Shown: one piece after another, positions 1 through 12,550 of the stretch
Numbering within the stretch: position 1 is the first letter of the stretch
Layout: every line of letters begins with the position of its first letter
Origin: Macrostomum lignano
Lineage: Eukaryota
Reading direction: 5' to 3'
Assembly: GCA_002269645.1 (NCBI GenBank)
Contig: NIVC01002153.1
Coordinates: 124,001-188,000, forward strand
DNA: 64,000 nucleotides
The notes under the pieces: model-generated
Databases searched by the model: none
What the model saw: the letters and a program-made list of their open reading frames with translations, nothing else
Told to the model about the DNA's origin: nothing
Position numbers and translations under genes: made by a program

Positions 1-321
1 CATCTGGAACCATTTTTTACCAGAAAGGTACATAGAACAGAAGAATTTTTGCCAGAAAAGCATATATTTTTGCAAAATTTTGGATTTAAATATTAGCAGT
101 AATATTACTAGTGCAGATAATAATTTACTAAAGCTCCCTCAAAGCCAAAGAAAAAATTTAATAAAGTTTTATGTGTGCACATTTAATTTTTTTATTGTCC
201 ATATAGAATCAATTACTTTTTGGGAGGAATTTCACCTTAGGTTCTAAGAACTTAGCATGGAATAATATTTCCCATGCATGGTATATAGTACTTATAGTCT
301 AGAAGTCTATAGTCTTATAGT

Positions 322-596
322 CTACTCTTCCGCAATCTAGCTGCTGCCCAGCGCACTCTCACAAGGCTCTGCAACGGGGTTGCCCATGTTGGGCTGCTGG
401 TGAATGTTTGCAAGATGGAGGCTCTGCACATAGGCTCAAATACCGCCCCAACTCTCACACTGCCCAATGGAGACTGCATCCCCTCTAGCTCTGGCCATGC
501 TGCACCGGCTGACTGAGCAATTGTGCTGCAGCCAGGCTCGCACTGCCACTCTAACAGACTGGCTCATCGCTGACCTGCAGGCACTTGACCTGACCC
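322..596 (+). mobile_element. Degenerate RTE-type LINE reverse transcriptase fragment
   Basis: Translates LLFRNLAAAQRTLTRLCNGVAHVGLLVNVCKMEAL, which aligns with LLSSTVEGAQRQLDRLVAVAASVGLVVNTQKTVVL of the LINE at 21.4-23.4 kb (region after the YADD motif); frameshifted further on. Confidence 0.55.
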
Positions 597-1087
597 TATA
601 AGAATTAGATAGAAATTATTCATATGATACCATAGAGATAAAAATATCAAACAATAATATTTAATAACAAGTTTGCCATCTTTTCCAAAATATATAAATC
701 ATTAAAAATATATTTAGAGACAAAACATTAAAAGAATTGAATTATTTCTTTTCCTACTTGGCATTGTACTAGGCCTAGATTTTCTTTTCTTTTTTATATG
801 CCATATTACACTATCTACACTAGTCAATGTAGAGCTAGGCTATTTTCTATGCTGCATTATATCAATTAGCACAGTTAAATCAACCTACCACTTTTGATGC
901 TAGAATTTTCTACAAAGGCCACCTTCTTGATTATTCATAGTCTATATACCTATTTGGCTAGTCTAGTCCATAGTTCATAGGCCCATAGTCTAAAAGGTAG
1001 CCTTTATGATAGAAAATTCTAGCATATCTTTGCATTTCATTGAAAGTCTTGGTAATATAATACTTTTTAGCATATATATACAACCTT

Positions 1088-1261
1088 GGGAATCACCTGG
1101 CCATTTCTATTGGCAACACACATATAAGTTGCTATTGTCTAAGAGGCTAAGAGCAGTCATATGATTAATATTCTATCCAATAGCAACTGACATATGTCTA
1201 TGTACATGTACTCAAATGTGTACATGTATATGTTGCCAATAGAAATGGCCAGGTGAATCCC
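1088..1261. mobile_element. MITE-like element (~174 bp) with ~30-bp terminal inverted repeats
   Basis: GGGAATCACCTGGCCATTTCTATTGGCAACA at 1088 is the reverse complement (1 mismatch) of TGTTGCCAATAGAAATGGCCAGGTGAATCCC ending at 1261; no clear TSD. Confidence 0.6.
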
Positions 1262-2204
1262 TAGTTAATACCCAAGCATACTTTTTAAGCATAGCATTGG
1301 CATACATAGTTGGTGTATAAAATAGCCAATTTTAGGTTAGGTATAGGTCTATATAGGTATATGGTATAGCTAAATTTTGGTTAAAAAAATTCTTTTAAAA
1401 ATTTATAGAAACTATACTTAAAATAGTATGTAATAGCCCTATATAAAATGAAAATAAATTGAAGAAAAAAATTTCTAGAAAAAAAGAATCTTTATAATAG
1501 TTTAGGGCCTAAAACTATTGTTTTTATTTAAAGATTATTTTGTAAAAAAAGTTTGGTATATAAGTACATTTGTACATTTAAAAAGAAGCCTGACATCCTT
1601 TATGTAGACATGTAGGCAGTGACCTATCAATATCTAGCATTTCCTCTATAAGGTATAGACTAAGGATGGTATATGACCCCTTGGATCTATTGGTGGATGC
1701 TATTGATGGCTATGTCACTTTTTAGGCCCCAAATCATTTGACCAGATCTAAAATAGCTATTAGCAATAAGTTGATATGATACAATGCTGAGTTTATATAG
1801 CTATAGCTATATCCATAGCTATCAAATTGCTATGGATATTCTATGAAAAATGTTTGAAATACCATAGTTGCTAAGCAATACTTTTGGCCTAACATGTTTT
1901 GCAACTTAAAGAAAAAATTACTAAAAAATTGTCAATCAATTTTGCTAAATTTGCTAGCTAGCTAGTAGTTACACTTTATAAAATATATTTATAATGACTA
2001 GATATCTTACTGATAAGTGATGGACCTTAATAAATATGAAATTAATATTTGAGGCTATATTTCCAGATTGGATCTTTCTAATTTTTCATTTATTTTGTTT
2101 TATTAAGGTTTTAATTATCAATTTATAAATTGTATTTTTAAATGTCTGCATGCAAATCATTCTATATAAATTGAAATTGCAATCAAACCTCACTTATAAA
2201 AAGA

Positions 2205-3864
2205 ATGAAGCTGTTCTGGAAAGATCTGCTCAGCTATTTAGCCGTGTGGTTTGTCTGGCTTTATGGCGCCATTGAAGTGCCCAGACTAGTTTTGCTGCCC
2301 CGTCTGTCTGATTTAAGTGCACTAGCACTGATATGGTACATATTTGTACTGGTCACCACTTTGGCCTGTTTTCTAATGGCTGGCCGGTCTAACCCTGGTT
2401 ACGTCACCAGTGATGAGGATGTGAAGCAGTATGTGGGAAGGTTTCTAATTAAAGACCGGCCTGGCATGGAGTTCTGTCCGAAGTGCAATAGAGAACGGCC
2501 TGTGCGGTCGCATCACTGCTCAAGGTGAGTGCACAGAATCACAGGTGTGACATTTTCAATGATAGGAGTGACATTCTCAAAATACAGACTGTGACATTCT
2601 CAAAATACAGACTGACATTCTCAAAATACAGACTGTGACATTCTCAAAATACAGACTGACATTCTCAAAATACAGACTGTGACATTCTCAAAATACAGAG
2701 TGTGACATTCTCAAAATACAGACTGTGACACATTCTCAAAATACAGACTGTGACATTCTCAAAATACAGACTGTGATATTCTCAAAATACAGACTGTGAC
2801 ATTCTCAAAATACAGAGTGTGACATTCTTAAAATACAGACTGTGACACATTCTCAAAATACAGACTGTGACATTCTCAAAATACAGACTGTGACATTCTC
2901 AAAATACAGACTGTGACATTCTCAAAATACAGACTGTGACATTCTCAAAATACAGACTGTGACACATTCTCAAAATACAGACTGTGACATTCTCAAAATA
3001 CAGACTGTGACATTCTCAAAATACAGAGTGTGACATTCTCAAAATACAGACTGTGACACATTCTCAAAATACAGACTGTGACATTCTCAAAATACAGACT
3101 GTGACATTCTCAAAATACAGACTGTGACATTCTCAAAATACAGACTGTGACATTCTCAAAATACAGACTGTGACATTCTCAAAATACAGACTGTGACATT
3201 CTCAAAATACAGACTGTGACATTCTCAAAATACAGACTGTGACATTCTCAAAATACAGACTGTTTAATTGATTACTCATTTCCAACTGGCCAGATGCAAT
3301 TGCTGCGTACTAGAGATGGATCATCACTGCCCATTCGTGCTCAACTGCATTGGCGAGCACAATAGATGGCGATTCATCCTATTGTTATTCTATGGCATAC
3401 TGTTGTGCGCTAGCGCTCAATACCACCTGTGGCGCGATCTGCTTGGTTACTACGCGCCCACCTGCGGCATTTCCCATGCTAAAGCTGCCCCACACACTCT
3501 GTCGGGAGGCAGAATAGAGCCCGCTATTGATTCATCATCTTCATCCTGTCCGGATTATCGGTTATCGCGTCTAATTAGCGCAATTATAATTAGTTTAATC
3601 ACAATGGTTGCCATGGGGATGCTGTTCACTGTGCAGAGCATCGGTATTCGAGAGTCTAGAACTACATTAGAATTGTTGGAAATTGTCAGACAAAAACAGC
3701 TACCGTCTGCGGCCGATTCGAGAGGCCGACGGTTGACGCTGTTCGAGTCAATGTCGCGCGTGTTCGGCTACGACTCGCCCTGGGTCTGGCCTGTGCCCTG
3801 CCGGCGGCGGAAAGACCGACTGATTGACGAGGAGGTGGTGAAACTCAGCAGTATTAATGTGTGA
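2205..3864 (+). CDS. DHHC-type palmitoyltransferase (zDHHC family), 2 exons, 296 aa
   Basis: Exons 2205-2524 and 3294-3864 (AG|gtgagt ... ccag|A, phase 2) join to give [40 protein letters not shown], the DHHC-CRD signature, with two TM helices on each side. 891 nt, in frame. Subfamily not assigned. Confidence 0.93.
2547..3263. repeat. Intronic minisatellite, 23-bp unit GTGACATTCTCAAAATACAGACT
   Basis: About 30 near-identical copies filling most of the zDHHC intron. Confidence 0.95.
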
Positions 3865-3961
3865 CGGATTCCATTGATTGATGCTCATTGGCCTACTGGG
3901 GGTCACTGCGTGCAGCTCTTTCTAGTGGCCACTTGTGGCTGCTTTCTGTTCTGCTGCTCCT

Positions 3962-4181
3962 AGTTCTTTGTCTGCTTTTTCTTGCTCCCCTATTCCTCTC
4001 GTCTCTCCCTCTCCCTCTTCCTCCCCTCTCTCCCTCTTTTCCTCTCCCCTCTCTGCCTCTTTTCCTCTCCCCTCTCTCCCTCTTTTCCTCTCCCCTCTCT
4101 CCCTCTTTTCCTCTCCCCTCTCTCCCTCTTTTCTTCTCCCCTCTCCCTTCCTCTCCCCTCTCTCCCTCTCCCTGTCTCCCA
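3962..4181. repeat. CT-rich low-complexity repeat
   Basis: Polypyrimidine tract just 3' of the zDHHC stop; source of several spurious ORFs. Confidence 0.85.
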
Positions 4182-4904
4182 TTATCTGGCTTCACTGGCG
4201 CTTAATGAAAAAAATCAGACAGTGAACTTCATTTCCGCTTTTAAAAAAACGTACAAACTAAAGTTAATCGCACCTTAACAACTCAATCGTTTTTATTGTT
4301 GGCAGCCCTCTGTGTGATTAAGTGTCACTAACAAAAAAACTAACTGACACGTTATTTCTACTTTTATCAGTAGCAATTGAAGCATGTACGAGTATCCCAT
4401 ATCAGCTTCCAGATGCTTGCAGATAAACTTGTATAATTGCAGATGTGCTTTTTTTGTAATGTGCTTCGCTATGTAATAAGCAACTGCTTATGTCAACTCG
4501 ATTATTTATATTTGTTTAATGCTTTCAATCCTTAATTATATGCATGCGTTGAACAAAAGCCAACCTATTAGTTCGAAAAAATTATTTATAGATGTTAATC
4601 TTAGCATTCTTGATTAGCCTTGTTTAAAAGATTATCCTAGTTTTAGTTCCTGTGCTATTTAAATATTTGTTTTTATATAACCGCCCCGTATGTATTCAAT
4701 ATATATTAATGGCTGTCCATTATTTAACTACTTGCAATATGCAGGCCTGATTTCTAATTTCTTTTTACAATTGTCGTCATTGATGCTGATTTTTAGTGAT
4801 TTGTTTTAAACATTGATTTTGTAAGGTCTTTTTTATTATCTTGCGAGGTATTTATTTATAGCTTGCAATCCATGTTATTATTAACGTTGATTGCTAATAT
4901 GTTC

Positions 4905-5450
4905 TATATATTTGTGACAACTATTAGAATGGATTGCTAATCTACTCTATATCTATCACAAATATTAGAATGGATTGCTAATCTGTTCCATATATTTATC
5001 ACAAATATTAGAATGGATTGCTAATCTGTTCCATATATTTATCACAAATATTAGAATGGATTGCTTCTGTTCCATATATTTATCATAAATATTAGAATGG
5101 ATTGCTAATCTGTTCCATATATTTATCACAAATATTAGAATGGATTGCTAATCTGTTCCATATATTTATCATAAATATTAGAATGGATTGCTAATCTGTT
5201 CCATATATTTATCATAAATATTAGAATGGATTGCTAATCTGTTCCATATATTTATCATAAATATTAGAATGGATTGCTAATCTGTTCCATATATTTATCA
5301 CAAATATTAGAATGGATTGCTAATCTGTTCCATATATTTATCACAAATATTAGAATGGATTGCTAATCTACCCTATATTTATGACAACTATTAGAATGGA
5401 TTGCTAATCTGTCCTATATATTAGGCAGGTTTTAATGGATTGCTAATCTA
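4905..5450. repeat. Minisatellite, 43-bp unit ATATTAGAATGGATTGCTAATCTGTTCCATATATTTATCACAA
   Basis: About 12 tandem copies with degenerate edges. Confidence 0.93.
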
Positions 5451-5984
5451 TTGCGTGTCATAATCATAACTTACCACTGACAATTCAAAGCGCAGATAAA
5501 CCAAATATATATTGTAAAACAAGTTTTTATTAACAAAAAAACGTTGCAAATTTTTCTGACTAAAGCCTTTGATATTTTCGAGTCAGATAAGCTAATAAAT
5601 CACTCTGCTTGTCAAGAGCAACCTGTTCTATGCAGCTGGCAGTTACAGGCTGAATTATTGATTAACAATGCTGCTCATAAATCTTAATCACGGAGACCAG
5701 CCTCTTTCTTGTCCTGAACGGGTTGCCAGATTTATTCAATTCAAAGCATCTGGGACTTGGATGCATTTTCTGCGAAAAAAGATAATTTTTCTGTTAGATA
5801 ATTAAACCTAATTTATCCGAATCGTTATAGGAATATGGTGAGCGAGATTAGTGCGCAGGCAGGTGATAATTTGATGATGAATACTGATTTCTTTGATTGG
5901 GCATCTCTGCAATCAATTATTGAAACTGTTTTTCTTATCTGGCTATTTATAATTTCAATTGTCTGACTGTCACTCACTCTGCAT

Positions 5985-6155
5985 CTCTAATCTCAGTCTG
6001 GGTCTCTAATCTCTCACTCTGAGTCTCTAATCTCTCAGTCTGAGTCTTAATCTCTTAGTCTGAGTCTCTAATCTCTCACTCTGAGTCTCTAATCTCTCAG
6101 TCTGAGTATCTAATCTCTCACTCTGAGTCTCTAATCTCTCACTCTGAGTCTCTAG
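5985..6155. repeat. Minisatellite, 21-bp unit CTGAGTCTCTAATCTCTCACT
   Basis: About 8 tandem copies. Confidence 0.85.
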
Positions 6156-6616
6156 TCACCTAAACTGCCCTTGCATTCCCCCATCACCGTCTCACTAATC
6201 CTATTCGGTATCAATATCTATTTATAACTGTCCCATTATCAGTGAACTCTACCTACCTCGTACATGTAGCTGTCAGCATCATATTTTTCATCTTGTTCGA
6301 TTCGAAGTTTGTCAGAAAATTAGTTGCAGCCTGACTGCTGCTGCAAATATGGATCATTCAAAGCATTTGACCATGGCTTCATCTGAGCCAGGGCCGTCAC
6401 TAAAAGGCTTCTATGCGTCAGATATGATCCTGGAATTGACAGAAAAGTTAGTCATCTTTTCTTGTACATGTAGCTTAAAATTAACTGTGTGCTCGTCCGT
6501 GTGTGTACGGTGCCTGATGATAAACTGCGTTAGATACTGCTGAATCATTGTGTCAGTTTTAATACGTGAACACGTACATCAATGCAGTCTATGGCATTGT
6601 GCTAAGCATCCTCTTA

Positions 6617-6753
6617 GGGCCGGTTCACATTACCACAAGTAGCTCTTTAGATCAGATTGTTCAAATCAATTTGCAATTGGATCAGGCCCGCTTTAACTTT
6701 GATTTGATCAATCTGTGACCCACAGAGCTACTTGTGGTAATGTGAACCAGCCT
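6617..6753. mobile_element. Hairpin MITE (~137 bp), PIF/Harbinger- or Kolobok-like ends
   Basis: Perfect 25-bp inverted repeat GGTTCACATTACCACAAGTAGCTCT / AGAGCTACTTGTGGTAATGTGAACC, plus an inner inverted pair CAGATTGTTCAAATCAA / TTGATTTGATCAATCTG; flanked by TTA and TAA. Confidence 0.7.
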
Positions 6754-6884
6754 TAAGGCTGCATGGGTTAGTGATACTGTAAATATATTTATATTTTCAT
6801 TTTTATAGGTAGAGATGAGAGTTGAATCGAAGACACACTAAGGCAGGCAGATACTTTGTAAGACAAACTGACACTGACACTGAG

Positions 6885-7019
6885 GCAGACGGACAGGCAA
6901 ACAGTCAAACGGACAGACAAACAGACAGAAACAGTAGACAGACAACCAGACAAACAGACAGACATAGTAGACAGACAGCCAGACAAACAGACAGACACAG
7001 TAGACAGACAGCCAGACAA

Positions 7020-7050
<31 letters not shown>

Positions 7051-7175
7051 AACAGACAGACAGCCAGACAAACAGACAGACAGCCAGACAAACAGACAGA
7101 CACAGTAGACAGACAGCCAGACAAACAGACAGACAAACGGACAGACAAACAGACAGACAAACAGACAGACAAACG

Positions 7176-7214
<39 letters not shown>

Positions 7215-7316
7215 GGACAGACAGCCAGACAAACAGACAGACACAGTAGACAGACAGCCAGACAAACAGACAGACAAACGGACAGACAAACAGACAGACA
7301 AACAGACAGACAAACG

Positions 7317-7373
<57 letters not shown>

Positions 7374-7560
7374 CCAGACAAACAGACAGACAGACAAACG
7401 GACAGACAGCCAGACAAACAGACAGACAAACGGACAGACAAACGGACAGACAGCCAGACAAACAGACAGACAGACAAACGGACAGACAGCCAGACAAACA
7501 GACAGACAAACGGACAGACAAACAGACAGACAGACAGGCAGACAAATAGACAGACAAACG

Positions 7561-7608
<48 letters not shown>

Positions 7609-7645
7609 AACGGACAGACAAACAAACAGACAAACAGACAGACAA

Positions 7646-7688
<43 letters not shown>

Positions 7689-7689
7689 A

Positions 7690-7720
<31 letters not shown>

Positions 7721-7825
7721 AACGGACAGACAGCCAGACAAACAGACAGACACAGTAGACAGACAGCCAGACAAACAGACAGACAAACGGACAGACAAAC
7801 AGACAGACAAACAGACAGACAAACG

Positions 7826-7869
<44 letters not shown>

Positions 7870-7926
7870 GCCAGACAAACAGACAGACAAACGGACAGAC
7901 AAACAGACAGACAAACAGACAGACAA

Positions 7927-7981
<55 letters not shown>

Positions 7982-8022
7982 AACGGACAGACAAACAGAC
8001 AGACAAACAGACAGATAGACCA
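6885..8022. repeat. (CAGA)n-type microsatellite with CAAA/CGGA variants
   Basis: Visible 4-bp periodicity; explains the QTDR/SVCL ORFs. Confidence 0.97.
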
Positions 8023-8769
8023 TGCAATTATCTGATATTTAATATTGCTTTAGATAGACATGTACGCTTGTACAAGAAATTAGTGCCAAGAAAATTTTGA
8101 AACGCCAAAGCGTGTTTCTTGTTTTATTCAAGGGTTAAAGCTTACAGATGTCAATAATTTGAGGCTTTTACGCAGCAAATGGGTGTAGGTAAATACGCTC
8201 GTAGTGTAAAAATATTATTGCATGCGAAACCAGGTGGGCAAAACAATCAAGTGGCAGTTTTACTCCAACTCCCCACTCTCTCTTCACCAGCCTAAGCTGA
8301 AGCCTTGTGACACAAAATGCACCACCCCCAGGTGAGACGAATCAATTTACGTCATTTTCGTGCTGAGATCTGAGAAAAGTTGATCACTGGTTCCTCTAAA
8401 GGGTGGAAACTTGAACATGCGTTGCTGCTGGGTACATGCACAGTACATAATGAGCAGTGAGCATTGCACGAGTATACATGACAAGAAATCACGATAATAC
8501 CGTAAGTTACGAGCGTATTCTTCGTATAACTAGCCATCGCATAGATGCTGCTGAGGATCTAAGTGTAGTAATTTCTATTCCTTCATCCATGAGCAAGCAG
8601 TGTTATAAGTCTCCAGGAAGCGACACTCAAAGTTGACGTCTTATCAGTTTATTATGATCTCAATCAGACAGAGTGAGAGGGCGGGCATTGCAAGCGTATT
8701 TTTTAGAGAAAACCGACCATTTTTCTGAGTTGGGTCTACTGTACTTTTGACTGTCCCAAATTGACTGCC

Positions 8770-9108
8770 TAACCTAACCCTAAACCTAACCTAAAGCCCA
8801 ACCCCCCTAACCCTAACCTGTCGGTAAACCTCACCCTTAACCTGAGCCTTAACCTAAACCCTGATCTAAACCCCAAATCCAACCTAAACCCTAACCCCAA
8901 CCCTAACCTAAATCCCAACTCCAACCTAGCCTAAACCTAAATCACAACCTAAACCCCAACTCCAACCTAAACCCTACCCCAACCTACACCCCAACTCCAA
9001 CCTAAACCCTAACCCCAACCCCAACCTAAAACCCAACCCTAACCTAAAACCCAACCCTAGCCTAAAACCCAACCCCAATCTAGCCTAAACCCAAACCCCA
9101 ACCTAAAT
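8770..9108. repeat. Degenerate telomere-like (CCCTAA/CCTAAA/CCCCAA) interstitial repeat
   Basis: Repeated AACCCTAACC and AACCTAAACCC motifs over ~340 bp. Confidence 0.75.
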
Positions 9109-9293
9109 CATTGCCAGCCATAAGTCGGGGGAATCCTTCTGAGATTTCTAAGAAAGAATCGACAGGGTCACCATAGAACCACCGCGTACAATCTCGTGGG
9201 CATTGTAGAAGCCACCCTGGGGTGTACATTTAAACAGATTGATTGAGTGTCGCAGTTTCTGACAATTTTCTACATAAAAAATCCAACTGGGTG

Positions 9294-10218
9294 TTAATCA
9301 TCGGCTACGCTTTCAACCGTGTCCTGAGCCACCAGCAGCCGGTGCCGTTGGCTCTGCACCAGCAGCAGGCCCTGCAGACTGTAGCCCTCCCCCTCCTCCT
9401 CATCATCATCATCATTTCCCTGCTCGCCGCGGCCTCTTAGTCGGCGTCGCCTTCTCCTTAGCCGGTTGAGAATCCTGGCCCGCAGGCAGCAGCCAGTGAC
9501 GGCGCCGATGATGCACACGGCCGCGGGCAGTGTCAGGAGCAGCACGGACGGGTGGATCGGCAGCGATGGGAATTGGCGAGGCAGCAGGGCGATGGCGAGC
9601 GCCAGTAGGATGGCAAAACTGATCAGGCTGATCCAGATGTACCGGCTGGCGATTGACAGCTCCTGACGGTCTGTGTCGCTCAGCTGAAGCTGACGATCCG
9701 AGCGAAGGAGTCGACAGCGGGTCAGGCGGGTCAGGACCGATCCGAGCCGGGAGGTCGGCTTGGTGTGAGCACCGGCGCTGGCGCTGCTGGGGCTCTGCTG
9801 TAGTTTGGAGGAGGGCTGTTGATGAAGAGGACGGTTTCTATGGCGGAATGCGGCGGTGTGGGGCGGATCTAGCTAGGGATGGGGGCGGATCTAGCCAGGG
9901 ATTGGGGCGGATCTAGCCAGGGATGGGGCGGATCTAGCCAGGGATTGGGGCGGATCCAGATAGGGATGGGGGCGGATCCAGCTAGCGATGAGGCGGATCT
10001 ACGAGTAGCCAGGGATGGGGGGTCTGTCTGTCTGTCTGTCTAGGATCTAGCTAGGGATGGGGGCATCTCTTGCTAGGGATGGGGGCGGATCCAGCTGGGG
10101 ATGAGGGCGGATCTAGCTAGGGATTGGATCTAGCCAATGCACTTACCTGCACCTTCACCTGTTCAACAATTAAATCAGAATTGCTTGCAGTCGTTGGTGG
10201 CGAGATCAGCTGCTCCAT
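9294..10218 (-). CDS. Hypothetical two-transmembrane protein, 2 exons, ~197 aa
   Basis: Exon 10218-10147 (MEQLISPP...VKVQ|gtaagt) and exon 9815-9294 (ttcatcaacag| acceptor, phase 0). Two hydrophobic segments (YIWISLISFAILLALAIALL; VLLLTLPAAVCIIGAVTGCCL), then an Arg run and an acidic run. Confidence 0.6.
9870..10135. repeat. Degenerate ~22-bp intronic repeat GATGGGGCGGATCTAGCCAGGG
   Basis: Tandem imperfect copies in the intron of the 2-TM gene. Confidence 0.75.
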
Positions 10219-10429
10219 GACATTCAGCTTAGTGATGTGGTAGCAAAGAATCAGATTGCTAATAGAGAACTCTCTTTAGTGTATTGTGTTATAGTGGAAA
10301 TTTTCCTATCAATTTCCTATCATTCGCCTTGGGGCTAAAGAGGGTTCCCACCGTTTGCGTCTCTCTGTCTCTCTCTCCACATGCCTACCCCTCCGCCTCT
10401 TTTCTCCCCTCTGATACGACAGAGCGGTG

Positions 10430-10600
10430 CAGTCAGCAGCGCATTTGCTAGATTCGCCACGCCACGTCCAAATGCCCTGCCAGCACATACCCCAGCCCTG
10501 GAGGTATGGCAGCGCTGCTTCAGCCTGGGAGAGATGAGCAATGCGACTCTGTCTCTGGCTGCCATGAGGCAAGCAACGATTCATGCTTTACAGTGCCACA
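10430..10600 (-). mobile_element. Possible degenerate LINE apurinic-like endonuclease fragment
   Basis: Minus-strand ARDRVALLISPRLKQRC resembles GRGGVGALIGPRLQQSC in the endonuclease of the LINE at ~23.2 kb. Confidence 0.35.
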
Positions 10601-10675
10601 TGGCAGATGAGAGTGAACTTATGGGAATGGATTTTTTGCGACTCTGGGCTCACACGAGAAAAGATACTGGACGGC

Positions 10676-11150
10676 AGACACTGAGACAGACACTGAGGCA
10701 GACACTGAGACAGACGCTGAGACAGAAACTGAGACAGACACTGAGGCAGACACTGAGACAGACACTGAGACAGACACTGAGACAGACACTGAGACAGACA
10801 CTGAGGCAGACACTGAGACAGACACTGAGACAGACACTGAGGCAGACACTGAGACAGACACTGAGACAGACACTGAGACAGACACTGAGACAGACACTGA
10901 GATAGACACTGAGACAGACACTGAGACAGACACTGAGACAGACACTGAGACAGACACTGAGACAGACACTGAGATAGACACTGAGACAGACACTGAGACA
11001 GACACTGAGACAGACACTGAGGCAGACACTGAGACAGACACTGAGACAGACACTGAGACAGACACTGAGACAGACACTGAGATAGACACTGAGACAGACA
11101 CTGAGACAGACACTAAGGCAGACACTGAGACAGACACTGAGACAGACACT
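10676..11150. repeat. Minisatellite, 12-bp unit CAGACACTGAGA
   Basis: About 39 tandem copies; gives the RQTL/SVSV ORFs. Confidence 0.95.
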
Positions 11151-11669
11151 ACAAAATTGGCGAGTGATGGTCACAGGTCACAAACAGGCAATCCACCCTA
11201 TTTGAGTTCAGTAAGCTAAGGTACGAGTTGAGGGTTGGAAAACTGATTAGAAGGGATAGAATTGTGGAGGGGGGTTGTTGGGCAGCGCAGATTGACAGCT
11301 GGAGGGAGACCTTGTCAGCAGCTATCGGTGCTCAGGTAGCAGCCAGGTACTGCATTTTTATCAGGAAGTTTGTTAAAGAAGGTGCTGTATTTTTGAACTT
11401 GTAGGTTCTTACCGCGGCTACAGAATGTTATGCAAAGCCCCTATATATGGCTCTTTTATGCAGCCCGTGCCTTCCACCCAAGTTACACTTGAACCCATTT
11501 TTTCTCTTGTCTGACTCTCCGATAGCTTTCATAGCCAGTTTTTTTTTAATCAGAGATTCTAAGCATTGCCGACAACTAGACTGACAGTCTCGCTTTGCTG
11601 GCTTTGCTTTTGCACTTTTTCTGTTGCAGTTATTGGCCAGAGAGGCTGAATCGGCTGCGCTGTGGGAGA

Positions 11670-12550
11670 GAGAGACTGGAAGGTAAGAGAGAGAATGGGA
11701 GACTGGAGGGGAAAGATGGAGGTGGTTATGGACTGGAGGAGGGTAAGAAGGAGAGGATTAGACGGAAGAGTAAGAGAGAGGGTAGACTGGAGGGTAAGAG
11801 GGGAGACTGGAAGGTAAGAGGGGAGACTGGAAGGTAAGAGGGGAGACTGGAGGGTAAGAGGGGAGACTGGAGGGTAGGAAGGGAGACTGGAGGGTAAGAG
11901 GGGAGACTGGAGGGTAACAGGGGAGACTGGAGGGTAGGAAGGGAGACTGGAGGTAAGAGGGGAGACTGGAGGGTAGGAAGGGAGACTGGAGGGTAGGAAG
12001 GGAGACTGGAGGGTAAGAGGGGAGACTGGAGGGTAGGAAGGGAGACTGGAGGGTAAGAAAAGAGACTGGAGGGTAAGAGAGAGACTGGAGGGTAAGAGGG
12101 GAGACTGGAGGGTAAGAGAGAGACTGGAGGGTAAGAAAAGAGCCTGGAGGGTAAGATGAGAGACTGGAGGGTAAGAGAGAGACTGGAGGGTAAGAGGGGA
12201 GACTGGAGGGTAAGAGAGAGACTGGAGGGTAGGATGAGAGACTGGAGGGTAAGAGAGAGACTGGAGGGTAAGAGGGGAGACTGGAGGGTAAGAGAGAGAC
12301 TGGAGGGTAAGATGAGATACTGGAGGGTAAGATGAGAGACTGGAGGGTAAGAGGGGAGACTGGAGGGTAAGAGGGGAGACTGGAGGGTAAGATGAGAGAC
12401 TGGAGGGTAAGAGGGGAGACTGGAGGGTAAGAGAGAGACTGGAGGGTAAGAAAAGAGACTGGAGGGTAAGATGAGAGACTGGAGGGTAAGAGAGAGACTG
12501 GAGGGTAAGAGGGGAGACTGGAGGGTAAGAGAGAGACTGGAGGGTAGGAG
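11670..12550. repeat. Purine-rich minisatellite, 20-bp unit GAGACTGGAGGGTAAGAGGG
   Basis: About 40 tandem copies. Confidence 0.95.

Noticed and set aside
6260-6560. Possible piggyBac fragment (SDEAMVK) on the minus strand
   Set aside because: Single short motif amid stops; no TIRs or further motifs.
6789-8027. 300-400-aa ORFs in the track (also at 32.7-34.1, 36.2-39.0, 39.5-40.4 and 41.0-43.9 kb)
   Set aside because: Translations of stop-free tandem repeats, open on several frames and both strands; no splice or domain support.
10381-10675. + strand ORF MPTPPPLF... as a third paralogue (EMSNATLSL versus TITNATML)
   Set aside because: Similarity limited to a few residues; the ORF runs into a satellite, and the minus strand better matches a LINE endonuclease scrap.
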